Shown: positions 28,129 through 38,647, counted from the stretch's first letter. The stretch: 64,000 nt of DNA from an uncultured Candidatus Bathyarchaeia archaeon (GCA_964394935.1 CAYMZN010000002.1:6360-70359), one strand, 5' to 3'. Numbers and translations: made by a program. The notes: generated from the letters alone by a model not told the origin.

Positions 28129-28213
28129 GTCTTGCTAGCCAATCATGCGTCCTACACGCACCTAGGAGCTCTTCGTGTGGTGCCGTAACGGCTGTGGTAT
28201 CTCCCTGATTCTT

Positions 28214-29563
28214 CTACTTGACTGAGCCGGCTACTTCTTTGACTACGCCTTCGAACACGTCAAGTCCAGCATCTAATAGTTCTCGGGTGATCACCAGTGG
28301 TGGTGCGAACCGCATGGTGGATTTGCCTGCGGTTATGATGGCAAGCCCCCTCTTGAAGCACTTCATCATGATCTCTTGAGCCAGTTCAGGGCCACGTTGC
28401 TTTGTCTCTGGATCTTTGACGATCTCGGCGCCCACCATGAGTCCCTTACCGCGTACATCTCCCAGTATCTGGTATTTCCTCTGCATCTCTTTGAGCCGGT
28501 TCATCAGGTGCGCTCCCTGTTTGATCGCGTTTTCGAGCAGTCGTTCCTCCCTGATCGCCTCAATAACAGCGAGGCCTGCCGCGCAAGCAACAGGGTTTCC
28601 CCCAAACGTTGACGCATGTGATCCGCCTTCCCAGTCCATAAGTTCTTCCTTGCTGACGAGTGCTCCTATGGGAAGGCCGGAGGCCATGGCCTTTGCAACG
28701 CATACAGCGTCGGGAGTGAGATTGAAGTGCTCGATTGCAAACCACTTGCCTGTTCTTCCAATTCCCGACTGAACCTCATCGTCAATCATGATTAGATTGT
28801 ACTTGTCAAGGACCTTTCGCAGTCGCGAGAAATAGTCGTCGGGTGGAACCACGTATCCCCCTTCCCCCTGAATGGCTTCCACAAACATGGCGGCCACATT
28901 TTCAGGCGGCACGTACTTACTGAGCACCTCTTCGTCGATGAAGTCCACGCACCACAGACGGCATTCAGGATACGATAGATGGAACGGGCAGCGATAGCAG
29001 TACGGGTATGGGATGTGGGTCACCCCAGGGACAAGTGGAAAGAAATGTCTGCGTTGCACAGGCTTGCTCGCGGTCAGGCTGACAGCCCCCAGAGTTCGTC
29101 CGTGAAATGCTCCCGTATAGGCGAGGAAGAGGGAGTTCCGCGTGTGCCATTTGGCCATCTTCATGGCTGCTTCGATCGCCTCGGCGCCGCTGTTGGAGAA
29201 GAACACTCTTTTCGAGAAGGCGCCGGGGGTGATCTTGGAAAGCTCCCGGCCGAGCTCCACTATAGCTTGATAGTAGAAATCAGTGTATGAGTAGTGGATC
29301 AACTTCTTGGTCTGCTCAGTGATTCTCCCGACAACTTTCGGATGACAATGGCCCACATTAAGAACGGCCAGACCCGAGTTGAAGTCAATGTATTCATTAC
29401 CGTCGACATCTCTAACGATGCATCCTGATCCGGACTCCGCTACAAGTGGATACCATCTAACCATAGACTTCGAAATGCAGGATTCATCACCACGAATGAG
29501 TTCCCGTGCCTTAGGCCCGGGCGGCGTGACCACTATCTTGGGATACCGCACCATCCCACTCAT
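28214..29563 (-). CDS. class-III PLP aminotransferase (4-aminobutyrate / ornithine aminotransferase-like)
   Basis: FSNSGAEAIEAAMKMAK, MIDDEVQSGIGRTGKWFA, and ASTFGGNP. Confidence 0.85.
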   Translation of the reverse strand: MSGMVRYPKIVVTPPGPKARELIRGDESCISKSMVRWYPLVAESGSGCIVRDVDGNEYIDFNSGLAVLNVGHCHPKVVGRITEQTKKLIHYSYTDFYYQAIVELGRELSKITPGAFSKRVFFSNSGAEAIEAAMKMAKWHTRNSLFLAYTGAFHGRTLGAVSLTASKPVQRRHFFPLVPGVTHIPYPYCYRCPFHLSYPECRLWCVDFIDEEVLSKYVPPENVAAMFVEAIQGEGGYVVPPDDYFSRLRKVLDKYNLIMIDDEVQSGIGRTGKWFAIEHFNLTPDAVCVAKAMASGLPIGALVSKEELMDWEGGSHASTFGGNPVACAAGLAVIEAIREERLLENAIKQGAHLMNRLKEMQRKYQILGDVRGKGLMVGAEIVKDPETKQRGPELAQEIMMKCFKRGLAIITAGKSTMRFAPPLVITRELLDAGLDVFEGVVKEVAGSVK

Positions 29564-29647
29564 TTGTCTTCACCAGCGGGCCGAATGCTACACCTGTCGG
29601 ATCAAAAAAGATTTGGGAATGTTGCGAACCCAGCTGATTCGATCTTG

Positions 29648-29932
29648 CTACTTGCCGAGGAGGATCTCTATCGTTGAGATGCTTCCTCGTGATCCGTCCT
29701 GCCGTGTTACTTCTTCCGACCCTATCTCTATGTTCTCAATATCAAGGTCTTTCAGGAACGAGTTCCTGAGCATCAGAACGGTGTCAACAGCCTTTGCTAT
29801 CGCTTGTCCTCGAGCGCGAACCATGACCTCTTCGGCACCCGAGTTGAATAGAGTCACGCAGGCGACTACGTAATTCATGATCGGTTTCTTGCCGATTCTA
29901 ACGAGGTTTGCGTGTTCCATGACGGTGCTCAC
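29648..29932 (-). CDS. albA: Alba DNA/RNA-binding chromatin protein
   Basis: NLVRIGKKPIMNYVVACVTLFNSGAEEVMVRARGQAIAKAVDTV is the canonical Alba core. Confidence 0.9.
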   Translation of the reverse strand: MSTVMEHANLVRIGKKPIMNYVVACVTLFNSGAEEVMVRARGQAIAKAVDTVLMLRNSFLKDLDIENIEIGSEEVTRQDGSRGSISTIEILLGK

Positions 29933-30129
29933 GTTCGGCTAGAGTTGCTGGGTCTGGGCTGTCCCTTGCTTGCCGAGGGTCTGGCCGGTTGTACCTCCTC
30001 CCCTGACCCTATAAGAATAGCGATACTTGTTGAAGATTCTCAGTTGTTCGTAGCCTCTCTTCGATCTCGCTCCGTGATATCTTCGATCTTGTCGTTTGAG
30101 TTCAATCGCACTGATGAACTTTGAAATCC

Positions 30130-30138
30130 TTTAAATTT
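30130..30138 (+). promoter_or_regulatory. TATA-like box upstream of moaA
   Basis: TTTAAATTT ends about 29 nt before the only candidate start (TTG at 30167), implying a near-leaderless transcript. Confidence 0.4.
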
Positions 30139-30166
30139 GGCATGGAGACGTTGTTAGGTCGCAGCG

Positions 30167-31225
30167 TTGGGGTTCGAGGAGTCTGCGCTGAATCTTCCTC
30201 ATCCAAACAACGATAGGGGAGTCAGTGCGCGTCGCGTCCTTTCGGACAGGTTTGGAAGGCCGGTCACCAACGCTAGGATCTCACTGAATTCGAGTTCGAG
30301 ATGCAACTTCAGATGCATTCACTGCCACATGGAAGGTATCAAGTCGGCCTCGTCCAAGTTGATGACGGCCAATGAGATACAGCGCGTCGTCGCGGTCATG
30401 TCTCATTTCGGGATCGACGCCGTGAAGCTGACAGGCGGCGAACCAATGCTTCGCCGAGACATTCTCCAGATCGTGCAGAAGCTGAAGGCCGTAGGGCTAC
30501 GTGAGATTTCTATGACGACGAACGGCACAAGGTTCTCGAAGCTCGCAGAACCGCTGCGTGATGCCGGCCTGTCGCGCGTGAACATCAGTCTTCACAGCCT
30601 TCACAGAGGAAGGTTTCGATTCATCGCCGGAGTCGAAGGATACGATCAAGCACTGAGCTCCGTCAGCGCAGCAATAGGGGCCAACCTTCTGCCGGTCAAG
30701 TTGAACATGACATTGCTGAAGGATGTCAATGACGATGAAATTGAGGAGATGATTCGCTTCGTTCACGGGCTGGGGGGTGATGGCAAAGTGGTCCTCCAGC
30801 TGATTGAGCTCGTTGTCACAGATCCAACGTTCTACTCGAAATACCACTGTGATCTTGGGGCGATAGAGGAGCTTTTGAAAGCTCGCGCTCTAGCGATCTA
30901 CAGGCGGGGGCTGCACAACCGGCCGAGGTATGTCCTGCCAGAAGGAGTCACAGTTGAAGTTGTGCGTCCAATGCACAACTCAGAATTCTGCATGAAAAAC
31001 AATAGAATCCGAATCACGCATGACGGCAAATTCAAGCCATGCCTACTCCGGGACGACAACTGCGTCGACTTTCTAGGCAGGATGAGAGCGGGGGCCTCAG
31101 ACGACCAGATCGCAGAGACATTCAAGCGGGCAGTACTACTGCGCGAACCCTTCTTCAAGAGCCAGGAAATGGGTGTGCCCGCAGTACTACCATCGCAGAC
31201 ATGTTTCCGGGCCTGTCAGGACTAG
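30167..31225 (+). CDS. moaA: GTP 3',8-cyclase MoaA (radical SAM, molybdenum cofactor biosynthesis)
   Basis: The CNFRCIHCH radical-SAM cluster, KLTGGEPMLR, and the C-terminal FKPCL auxiliary-cluster region. Confidence 0.85.
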   Translation: MGFEESALNLPHPNNDRGVSARRVLSDRFGRPVTNARISLNSSSRCNFRCIHCHMEGIKSASSKLMTANEIQRVVAVMSHFGIDAVKLTGGEPMLRRDILQIVQKLKAVGLREISMTTNGTRFSKLAEPLRDAGLSRVNISLHSLHRGRFRFIAGVEGYDQALSSVSAAIGANLLPVKLNMTLLKDVNDDEIEEMIRFVHGLGGDGKVVLQLIELVVTDPTFYSKYHCDLGAIEELLKARALAIYRRGLHNRPRYVLPEGVTVEVVRPMHNSEFCMKNNRIRITHDGKFKPCLLRDDNCVDFLGRMRAGASDDQIAETFKRAVLLREPFFKSQEMGVPAVLPSQTCFRACQD

Positions 31226-31230
31226 CCGAG

Positions 31231-31911
31231 TCAGATTCTACCCGAAGCATCCAGCTTCTGCAAGGCAGTCAACTTTCCCTCGCTTGTGGTCTGGAGTTCG
31301 GTGTCAAAGACGCTCTCGAAAGCATGTACGAGAGGTCTCTTGACCTCAGAGATCGAGACTTCTCTCCCCAGCTGTTCTGTCATTGATGTCATGATTGCGC
31401 TGTCATATCCGCAGGGATTGATCGTATCAAAACATGAGAGATCTGTCGAGACATTGAGAGCGAAACCGTGAAACGTGATCCAACTACGGACGGCAACACC
31501 AATCGAGGCTATCTTCCTCTGGCAGACCCATACTCCTATCCGGCCCTCTATCCTCTGACCTGTGACTCCAAATTGAGCCAAGGTCTCAATGAGCACGCTT
31601 TCGAGGTTTCGCAGATAGCTTCTGATATCCCTGTCCCACAACGTGAGGTCTAAAATCGGGTAGCCGACCAGCTGACCGTACCCGTGATACGTGGCATCTC
31701 CTCCGCGTTCGACCTCGTAAACCGGGAACATCTTGGATATGATGTTCTCGGGCCTCGCCGATTTGCCCATAGTTATGACGTGGGGATGCTCCACAAGCAG
31801 CAAGACATCCGGCACAAGCCCCTGTGCGCGTAGTTGTACGAGTTTGTGCTGTAGCTCCCAAGTCTCCTTGTAGTCGCGAGTCTGCAGATCAACGAGTAGC
31901 GTCTTGCTCAT
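31231..31911 (-). CDS. lipB: octanoyltransferase LipB
   Basis: LLLVEHPHVITMGK, VERGGDATYHGYGQLVGYPI, and KIASIGVAV..ITFHGFALNV. The start ATG overlaps the lpdA stop (ATGA). Confidence 0.85.
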   Translation of the reverse strand: MSKTLLVDLQTRDYKETWELQHKLVQLRAQGLVPDVLLLVEHPHVITMGKSARPENIISKMFPVYEVERGGDATYHGYGQLVGYPILDLTLWDRDIRSYLRNLESVLIETLAQFGVTGQRIEGRIGVWVCQRKIASIGVAVRSWITFHGFALNVSTDLSCFDTINPCGYDSAIMTSMTEQLGREVSISEVKRPLVHAFESVFDTELQTTSEGKLTALQKLDASGRI

Positions 31912-33347
31912 GGTGATCTCAAGATATGTATTGCCTTTCCTTTGGCTGCTTCGGTGGCTTCCATGAGGCATTCGGGAAGTGTAGGGTGAGGGTGAACAGT
32001 CAGCCCTAGGTCTTCCAAGGTTGCACCCATTTCGATCGCAAGCGTGGGTTCGCTGATAAGGTCCGTCGCATCCGATCCGACCATGTGCACTCCTAGTATC
32101 TGTTCACTTTCCTTATCCGCAATGACCTTGACGAGCCCGTCCGTCTCACCGACTGCCATTGCTCGGCCTAGAGCGGAAAACGGAAACTTTCCGACGATCG
32201 GATCATATCCTTGCTTCCTCGCTTCTGCCTCGGTCAAGCCGACGGTCGCTATTTCAGGCTCGGTCCAGATGCCACTCGGCATCGCCTTGAAATCAGCCGC
32301 GCTCGCTCGACCCGATATGACCTCCGCCGCTACTATTCCCTGCTTCGATGCCTTGTGGGCCAGCATCGGGATCCCGACAACATCTCCGATCGCATATACT
32401 CCGGGCACGTTGGTCTGCATCTGCGAATTGACCTCAATGAATCCTGCCGGGTCCGTCTTGACGCCTGTGGTCTCGAGCCCGATCTGGTCGGAGTTGGGGC
32501 GTCTCCCAACAACGACCATCACCTTTTCAGCTGGGACTTCAATTTCTCTTCCGTCGGCAAGCTGAGCCCCAACCTTTCCGTCCCTGGCCCATTTGGCGCG
32601 CGCTTTCACATGCGTTTCAACTCTCAATTTTCTCAAGTTGCGCTCGACGACTCTAACGAGTTCGATGTCGACGCCAGGCAACAGTTGGTCTAGCATCTCG
32701 ATGACTGTGACATGGCTGCCAAATTGCGCGTAAGCCATTCCGAGCTCGAGTCCGCTGACTCCGCCTCCTATGACGACAAAGTTCCGAGGCGCTTGCGTAA
32801 ATGAGAGTGCCTCTGTCGTACTGATTATGAAGTTCCCATCAAATTTGAATCCGAGCATTTCCATCGGACGTGATCCCGTCGCAATAATGATGTTCTCCGC
32901 CGTAATCGTTCTAGATTCCTCTTTGGTCTTGATCTCAACCTCGTGAGGACCTTGAAATCTCGCCGAGCCGTGAACGACATTGACTTTGTTAGCTTTGCAC
33001 AGGTAGGCGACTCCAGACGTGAGCCTATCAACCACGCTCTTCTTCCACATCTGGAGTTTCTGAAGATTCATTCTCGGTTGAGATGTTTCGATTCCAAAAT
33101 CTTGGGCCCTCTGGATCTGCTTCATCAGTTTGGCAGCATGTACTATTGCTTTGGAGGGGATGCACCCCACATTCACACAGACACCGCCAAGGGCATCTTT
33201 CTCGACCAACGTGGTTTCTCGACCGAGTTGGCCGAGTCTGATCGCGGCGACATATCCCCCAGGACCTGCTCCGATTACGAGGTTCTCCACCCGGTACTCC
33301 AAGGGTCCCTTCGTCTCCTGTAGAAACTGGCTACGAGGCTTCAGCAT
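31908..33347 (-). CDS. lpdA: dihydrolipoyl dehydrogenase
   Basis: VIGAGPGGYVAA, the redox-active GGVCVNVGCIPSK, VIGGGVSGLE, and the C-terminal HPHPTLPE. I prefer the internal Met at 33347. Confidence 0.85.
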   Translation of the reverse strand: MLKPRSQFLQETKGPLEYRVENLVIGAGPGGYVAAIRLGQLGRETTLVEKDALGGVCVNVGCIPSKAIVHAAKLMKQIQRAQDFGIETSQPRMNLQKLQMWKKSVVDRLTSGVAYLCKANKVNVVHGSARFQGPHEVEIKTKEESRTITAENIIIATGSRPMEMLGFKFDGNFIISTTEALSFTQAPRNFVVIGGGVSGLELGMAYAQFGSHVTVIEMLDQLLPGVDIELVRVVERNLRKLRVETHVKARAKWARDGKVGAQLADGREIEVPAEKVMVVVGRRPNSDQIGLETTGVKTDPAGFIEVNSQMQTNVPGVYAIGDVVGIPMLAHKASKQGIVAAEVISGRASAADFKAMPSGIWTEPEIATVGLTEAEARKQGYDPIVGKFPFSALGRAMAVGETDGLVKVIADKESEQILGVHMVGSDATDLISEPTLAIEMGATLEDLGLTVHPHPTLPECLMEATEAAKGKAIHILRSP

Positions 33348-33486
33348 CCTAATTATGGTGCTGGTCGATTCCAAGATCAAGCCGCATACGTGCTCGCCCC
33401 GGGCCGGTTTCGCGGACACCTGGAATAGGTTAAGATCTAGGGATGGATTGTCGATTAGGTAATAATGCACGGTATCACTCGAATAC

Positions 33487-33939
33487 CTAGAGTTTCGCCT
33501 GTTGCTGAATCTTCTTCTGGTATATCGAATACTCGAGAGTTATGCCTCTGAAGGAATCCCAAAGCTCCAAGACTTCGAACCATACCCCCATCAACATGGA
33601 GCCCATACCGACGCTGAAGATGGCTACGATCAGAGCGGTCTGGACTGGTGTGGGCATTAACATGGAAACTAAGATCACTAGGGAAAGCGTGAGAAAGCAG
33701 GAAACGCCGAGGAACAGACCGAAGAGTGACCACTTTGCATAGCGCGCTCGCTTGAACAATGTTTCCAGTATCCTCTCCACTTCCACATCACGCACGGGCT
33801 GTTTCAGTAGCTGTCTAGTATGATCGACGATCCGCCCGTATCTAGTTTGGATTACGAGACAGAGGAGCCCACCTGTCGATGATAGCACAACGGGTACCAA
33901 CGCCGTCTGCAAAGGAGTAAGCAGAGTCTGCAGATCCAA
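33487..33939 (-). CDS. DUF2721-like membrane protein
   Basis: 150 aa with 3 TM segments. LVIQTRYGRIVDHTRQL resembles the DUF2721 N-terminal motif. Confidence 0.45.
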   Translation of the reverse strand: MDLQTLLTPLQTALVPVVLSSTGGLLCLVIQTRYGRIVDHTRQLLKQPVRDVEVERILETLFKRARYAKWSLFGLFLGVSCFLTLSLVILVSMLMPTPVQTALIVAIFSVGMGSMLMGVWFEVLELWDSFRGITLEYSIYQKKIQQQAKL

Positions 33940-34048
33940 CTAGCTACCGCTCCATCCGGAACTTAGACACGACCATTCATGCGTCCTTTAAGTCTCTTTT
34001 CGAATTCAAGGCCGCGAAAGAGAATGAAGAGGACTGGACCATTTCTCC

Positions 34049-34513
34049 CTATTTGCAGCCTGCGTTGACGCGAAGCCAATAGGTTTCTACTGCTGCAATC
34101 TGCTCTGGAATCTCTGGTCCCCGGCCGCGCTTCCTTCGGACAAGTTCAAAGGCATCCTTTGCAGTGAGACCTTTGTGCACGAGATAGCACGCAAGTATCA
34201 CGCCGGATCGTCCGATTCCGGCGTTGCACGAGACGCCGACCGGAACGCCCGCCTCAAGGTGTGAGTCTATGTATTGGATGATCCTATCGATCTGGGTTTG
34301 GGTCGGTGCGTTAAAGTCAGGAACCGGTTCGTTGTAGTCCTCCAAGCCGACTTCATGGATCTCTTTCGTTGTTACTCGTGACTCGTGAGGTTCAACGAGT
34401 CTTACCAAAGCGCCAACTCCTTGGCGCCTTAGCGCGACGAGGTCCGACTTCGATCGTGGGCCTCTTGACCCTCCAAGTTCCCCATCGATTGTCCAGCTGA
34501 AGCTCAGGTCCAT
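34049..34513 (-). CDS. dual-specificity / tyrosine protein phosphatase
   Basis: CX5R active-site loop VSCNAGIGRSG. Confidence 0.7.
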   Translation of the reverse strand: MDLSFSWTIDGELGGSRGPRSKSDLVALRRQGVGALVRLVEPHESRVTTKEIHEVGLEDYNEPVPDFNAPTQTQIDRIIQYIDSHLEAGVPVGVSCNAGIGRSGVILACYLVHKGLTAKDAFELVRRKRGRGPEIPEQIAAVETYWLRVNAGCK

Positions 34514-34531
34514 GATACCTACACTTGCTTC

Positions 34532-35428
34532 TCAGGAGCTCCCTCGACCTATCCGAGCGACCATGTTCTGCAAGAAGTATTCGCCCGCGCGGTAGGAGCT
34601 CCGCACCAGCGGACCAGAGGTGACATACCGAAACCCCAAATGCTCAGCGAGCTTTCTGTAATTATCGAACTCCTCAGGAGTGACGTATCTCACAACCGGA
34701 AGGTTGCGTGGCGAAGGTCTAAGGTACTGACCCAACGTAAGGAAATCCGTGCCTACGCTTCGAAGGTCACGAAGCGTGTGGAAGACCTCGTCCTGGTGCT
34801 CACCCAATCCAAGCATCAGTGACGACTTCGTAAAGATTCGAGGGTTCAGCTTCTTCACGTATTCAAGGACTCTTAGTGACCGATGGTAGTCTGCTCTTGG
34901 ATCTCTAACCTTCGGGGTTAGTCTCTCCGTAGTCTCAAGGTTGTGACCGATCACGTCAGGGGCCGCTTCAACGACCCTTTCGATCTCTGTGAGACGTCCT
35001 CCGAAATCCGGAATCAGAGCTTCAATGCGTGCATCGGGGGCTTCTGTTCTGATGGCAGTGACAGTTTGGGCAAAATGGGCTGCACCGCCGTCCGGTAGGT
35101 CATCACGGTCAACTGAGGTTATCACGACATACGTCAGTCCGAGTTCTTTGACCGCTCTCGCGGCATAGGCAGGCTCCTCTGGATCCAAGATACCACTCGG
35201 GTTGCCACTCTTGACGTTGCAGAAGCGGCATGCGCGTGTGCAGACCTCGCCCATTATCATAAAAGTCGCGGTGCCACTGCCCCAGCACTCTCCAACATTT
35301 GGGCAGTGAGCTTCTTCGCATACGGTGTGTAGTGAATACTGTCTCAGTAGCGCTTTGAGGCGTGCGTAGGTTGGACCCGAGGGGGCTTTCGCCCTTACCC
35401 ACTTGGGTTTGGACGATGAGCTCATCAT
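34532..35428 (-). CDS. lipA: lipoyl synthase LipA
   Basis: The auxiliary cluster CEEAHCPNVGEC and the radical-SAM cluster CTRACRFC. Confidence 0.9.
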   Translation of the reverse strand: MMSSSSKPKWVRAKAPSGPTYARLKALLRQYSLHTVCEEAHCPNVGECWGSGTATFMIMGEVCTRACRFCNVKSGNPSGILDPEEPAYAARAVKELGLTYVVITSVDRDDLPDGGAAHFAQTVTAIRTEAPDARIEALIPDFGGRLTEIERVVEAAPDVIGHNLETTERLTPKVRDPRADYHRSLRVLEYVKKLNPRIFTKSSLMLGLGEHQDEVFHTLRDLRSVGTDFLTLGQYLRPSPRNLPVVRYVTPEEFDNYRKLAEHLGFRYVTSGPLVRSSYRAGEYFLQNMVARIGRGSS

Positions 35429-35529
35429 GAAACGGTGCCATCAGATCCTCAGCGAAACTATAAAGTTTCCCGGAAAGTTACCGACGATCTTTGCCATGCA
35501 GCAAAGGCCCTTGCGAATGTCCGCGTCCG

Positions 35530-35820
35530 CTAGATGACAAAACCAAATGCCCCGGCAAACCTCTCGACGGCTCTGAACTCGTTCAAGAACTCGATTCCTT
35601 TCTGTGTAAGCCTGTACAAGCGGTCGTCCTCTTCGACGTCTTCTTGAATGACGCCTACCGTCTTCAGCTCCTCCAAGTACTTGAGGAGTCGGTTGTGGGA
35701 TAGATTCGCACCATACAAGATGCGAGTCGGCTTCGCGCGGTTGTTCTCGCGTTGGATAACACGCATGATGTCCACATAGATTCTCATCTGTGAACGGTAT
35801 TTCGGCAGCTTCTGCATCAT
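35530..35820 (-). CDS. winged-helix regulator (COG3432-like)
   Basis: IYVDIMRVIQ...PTRILYGANLSHNRLLKYLEELKTVGVI. Its start overlaps the stop of the upstream membrane protein gene (ATGA). Confidence 0.55.
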   Translation of the reverse strand: MMQKLPKYRSQMRIYVDIMRVIQRENNRAKPTRILYGANLSHNRLLKYLEELKTVGVIQEDVEEDDRLYRLTQKGIEFLNEFRAVERFAGAFGFVI

Positions 35821-36494
35821 TTGGTCCCGGTCACCCGTAGAAGCATCGCGAGCAGCGAGACAAAGCCAAACAGTTGAAGCATGTGTCCGATCACGAACAA
35901 CACTGCGCCTAATGGCGTCAGGATGAAGAGCAGGTGACTCAACGCGAGCAGCAGAAAGCCGAGAAACACAAGCAAGGCGTTCTTGTCCTTTGTCGCAGAG
36001 TAGTTGAGGCCTGTTTGAACGGTGATGTAGAAGACTAGGAAGAGCAGCACGATCTCCGAAACCGGATGATATTCGACCAAGGGACCGAGCAGCTTGATCG
36101 CAGGACCCGGCATAGCTTGGAGAGCCATGAAGCCGAACAACGGAGCAAGCCTAAGCGAGGTCGATGTCGTGCTCAGAGTTCTTGTCTGAGAGACGTAGGC
36201 GAATATCAGCATGCCGTATGCGAGCACCTGGGCAAGGAAATAGATCGTGTATCCAACCAGCGTGAGAACTATGGTACCCCGCAGGGCGCGCGATAGTACG
36301 CCAAGGAAACCTGCAAGAGAGTCGATTAGAAGACCAGCCGACAGTAGCGCGAAACCGAAGTGAAGGTATAGTATCGTCCTCTGTTTCGTTATTCTATATC
36401 CTTTGAAGGCTTGGTACGCTATGGCGAGAGCGATGATGAAGGCCACGAACTCCATGAGGCTGTCAAAGCCAACGAACCACCGCGGGCCGACCAA
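35817..36494 (-). CDS. polytopic membrane protein (about 7 TM), unknown function
   Basis: Hydrophobic-segment pattern only. Confidence 0.5.
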   Translation of the reverse strand: MVGPRWFVGFDSLMEFVAFIIALAIAYQAFKGYRITKQRTILYLHFGFALLSAGLLIDSLAGFLGVLSRALRGTIVLTLVGYTIYFLAQVLAYGMLIFAYVSQTRTLSTTSTSLRLAPLFGFMALQAMPGPAIKLLGPLVEYHPVSEIVLLFLVFYITVQTGLNYSATKDKNALLVFLGFLLLALSHLLFILTPLGAVLFVIGHMLQLFGFVSLLAMLLRVTGTK

Positions 36495-36700
36495 GATTCC
36501 TCACGTCGTTTCGCGTCAAGCGCCCTAGGGAGCTATTGTGCGTTGTGGACGATACGTATAGCTGTCACTTTTCGTAGCTCAGCTGTATTTGTTGGCAGAT
36601 GCCTCAGTCTCGGGTCGTGCGTGGGCACAGCTCGATAAAGGGAACCCTTCACGGATTTTGAATGCAATTAGGCTAGGGCGTACTCATCGTTGCCGCGCCT

Positions 36701-37258
36701 TCACGTCAACAGCAAAGCTATACCGGGGAATATTGCATAGTTATGTGTTCGCAACATCTGGACGAGAAACTCGCCTTCCTTTGTGCCAGCTACTGTGTCT
36801 TCGTAGGGACACACCATGGTCAAGGGCAGTTCCAAACGTCTCCCAAGGATCTTCTCTCTTCTGATGATCTCATCAACCATTCCACGTTTGACCAGCAATG
36901 TCGCGTCAGTCGCCACCCTCACGGGTCCTTCGTGTTTAGTGAGATCTTTCATGTATATGCTGATCCTCACGTCGTCCAGTCGACCCTCTGCCGTTGTGAC
37001 CGCTTGATAGTCAGCTATCGCAAGCGAACCGTCGGACTCATGCTTACCCACGTTGATTCCCCAGCGTTTCATTGCCTCTCTCACCTCATGTACCGGCTCA
37101 TGGGCGGTAACGTAAACCGCGACGCCCTGGTTCTGGAGCGCTCCTTGAAGGAACGGGAAGATCAGCTCGCGTTTTGCGTGGATGTCGGAGTAGAACAGAA
37201 CGGCGTGATCATGAGGAGCTAGGCCTTGCAGTGTTCTGACAATGTCAGACCTCTCCAA
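36701..37258 (-). CDS. MEDS-domain protein
   Basis: HDHAVLFYSD near the N-terminus and a ~185-aa length fit the MEDS sensory domain. Confidence 0.55.
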   Translation of the reverse strand: MERSDIVRTLQGLAPHDHAVLFYSDIHAKRELIFPFLQGALQNQGVAVYVTAHEPVHEVREAMKRWGINVGKHESDGSLAIADYQAVTTAEGRLDDVRISIYMKDLTKHEGPVRVATDATLLVKRGMVDEIIRREKILGRRLELPLTMVCPYEDTVAGTKEGEFLVQMLRTHNYAIFPGIALLLT

Positions 37259-37361
37259 CCTCGCTCAGGCAGACGAGCCTGCCAAGGCGTATTTGACCGT
37301 TGTGCACCGACCCAAGCGCGCTTTAGAGATTACTGAGAATCCTGCCTCCTCCGGGGCTTCA

Positions 37362-38531
37362 CTAGGTAGCCCCAATTGCCGAGAGGCGTTCCGCATCCTT
37401 CGCCGAGTAGCCAATTTCTTGCAAGATCTGGAGTGTATGCTCGCCAAGTCTCGGTGGAGGTATTCTCACTGTCAACGGACTTTGAGACATTCGGATTGGT
37501 GTAGCAAGTTCATTCAACTTTCCGAATGCTTCCGTCTCCATTTCGATAATCATGCTTCTAGATCTCACATGCGGATCTACGGGAACCTCATCGATGTCAT
37601 AAACCGGAGCGCAAGGAATACCTTGATCGTTCAGAGTTCGGATCCATTCATCCCGGTTCCTCTCGCGGAACACCCTGGCGAGATCGTTCCGAATCTGTTC
37701 AGATTCCTCTTCACCGGCAAATTGCTGATCTTGGTATTTCTCCAATCCTAGCGTCCTGCACAATTCGGTCCAGAACTTGGCCTCAAGAGGGGCAATGGAG
37801 ATGAACTTCCGATCCGCGGTCTCGTAGATGTTGTAGAAAGGGGCGGCGCCGGACAGAGGTAGCCTTCCCCTCTCTGTAGACATTCCAGCGAAATGGAAGC
37901 TGAAGGGCATGATCATCGAAGCGACCGCCGCATCCATGAGCGAGATATCGATGAATTCCCCTTTGCCGGTCTTCTCCCTTCGGTACAGTGCAGCCAAGAT
38001 CGCCACAGCCGCGTGGACCCCAGCTAGGAGATCAGAAATCTGCACGGCTGGAATGACAGGCGGTCCTCCTTTGTGCCCGGTGACTCCGACTGCTCCGCTG
38101 TATGATGTGTAGGTGAGGTCATGACCGACGAGGTCACGGTACGGCCCGGTCTGTCCATATCCTGAGATCGAGCAGTAGACTATGCGTTGGTTGATTCCGC
38201 TGATAGTCGGATAACCCACACCCAGTCTCTCTGCCACACCAGGCCGAAAACTCTCAACAAAGACCTCGGATCGCTCTGCAAGTCTGCAAACCACTTCTTG
38301 GGCCTCGCTCTTTTTGAGGTTGAGCGTGATGCTTCGCTTGTTCCGGTTTAGCAAAAGGAACGCAGCGCCGGTGTCTCTGATGAACGGCGGGGCGGAACGG
38401 GCGTAGTCGCCAATTTCGGGCTGTTCGACCTTTATCACATCCGCACCAAGGTCACCGAGAATCATTGTGCAAAGTGGACCGGGCATTAGCCTACTCAGGT
38501 CGAGAACGCGTACGCCGTCGAGCGGTGGCAT
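37362..38531 (-). CDS. family III CoA-transferase (CaiB/BaiF; alpha-methylacyl-CoA racemase-like)
   Basis: LDGVRVLDLSRLMPGPLCTMILGDLGADVIKVE and the downstream family-III blocks. Confidence 0.85.
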   Translation of the reverse strand: MPPLDGVRVLDLSRLMPGPLCTMILGDLGADVIKVEQPEIGDYARSAPPFIRDTGAAFLLLNRNKRSITLNLKKSEAQEVVCRLAERSEVFVESFRPGVAERLGVGYPTISGINQRIVYCSISGYGQTGPYRDLVGHDLTYTSYSGAVGVTGHKGGPPVIPAVQISDLLAGVHAAVAILAALYRREKTGKGEFIDISLMDAAVASMIMPFSFHFAGMSTERGRLPLSGAAPFYNIYETADRKFISIAPLEAKFWTELCRTLGLEKYQDQQFAGEEESEQIRNDLARVFRERNRDEWIRTLNDQGIPCAPVYDIDEVPVDPHVRSRSMIIEMETEAFGKLNELATPIRMSQSPLTVRIPPPRLGEHTLQILQEIGYSAKDAERLSAIGAT

Positions 38532-38647
38532 AGCTATCTCGGGTATCGTATGCGCAGGTGACAGGATATTACAGTGATTGGGTCTGCAACGTCAATACCG
38601 TGAGGCAACAACGTCCCCGGGGGGAGAGACTCCGGACTGCGATGCCG

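Noticed and set aside
29933-30125. Very basic minus-strand open frame next to Alba (…ELKRQDRRYHGARSKRGYEQLRIFNKYRYSYRVRGGGTTGQTLGKQGT…)
   Set aside because: It looks ribosomal-protein-like in composition, but there is no ATG, GTG or TTG between the upstream stop and the body of the frame, and I recognise no family. It is not reportable as a gene.
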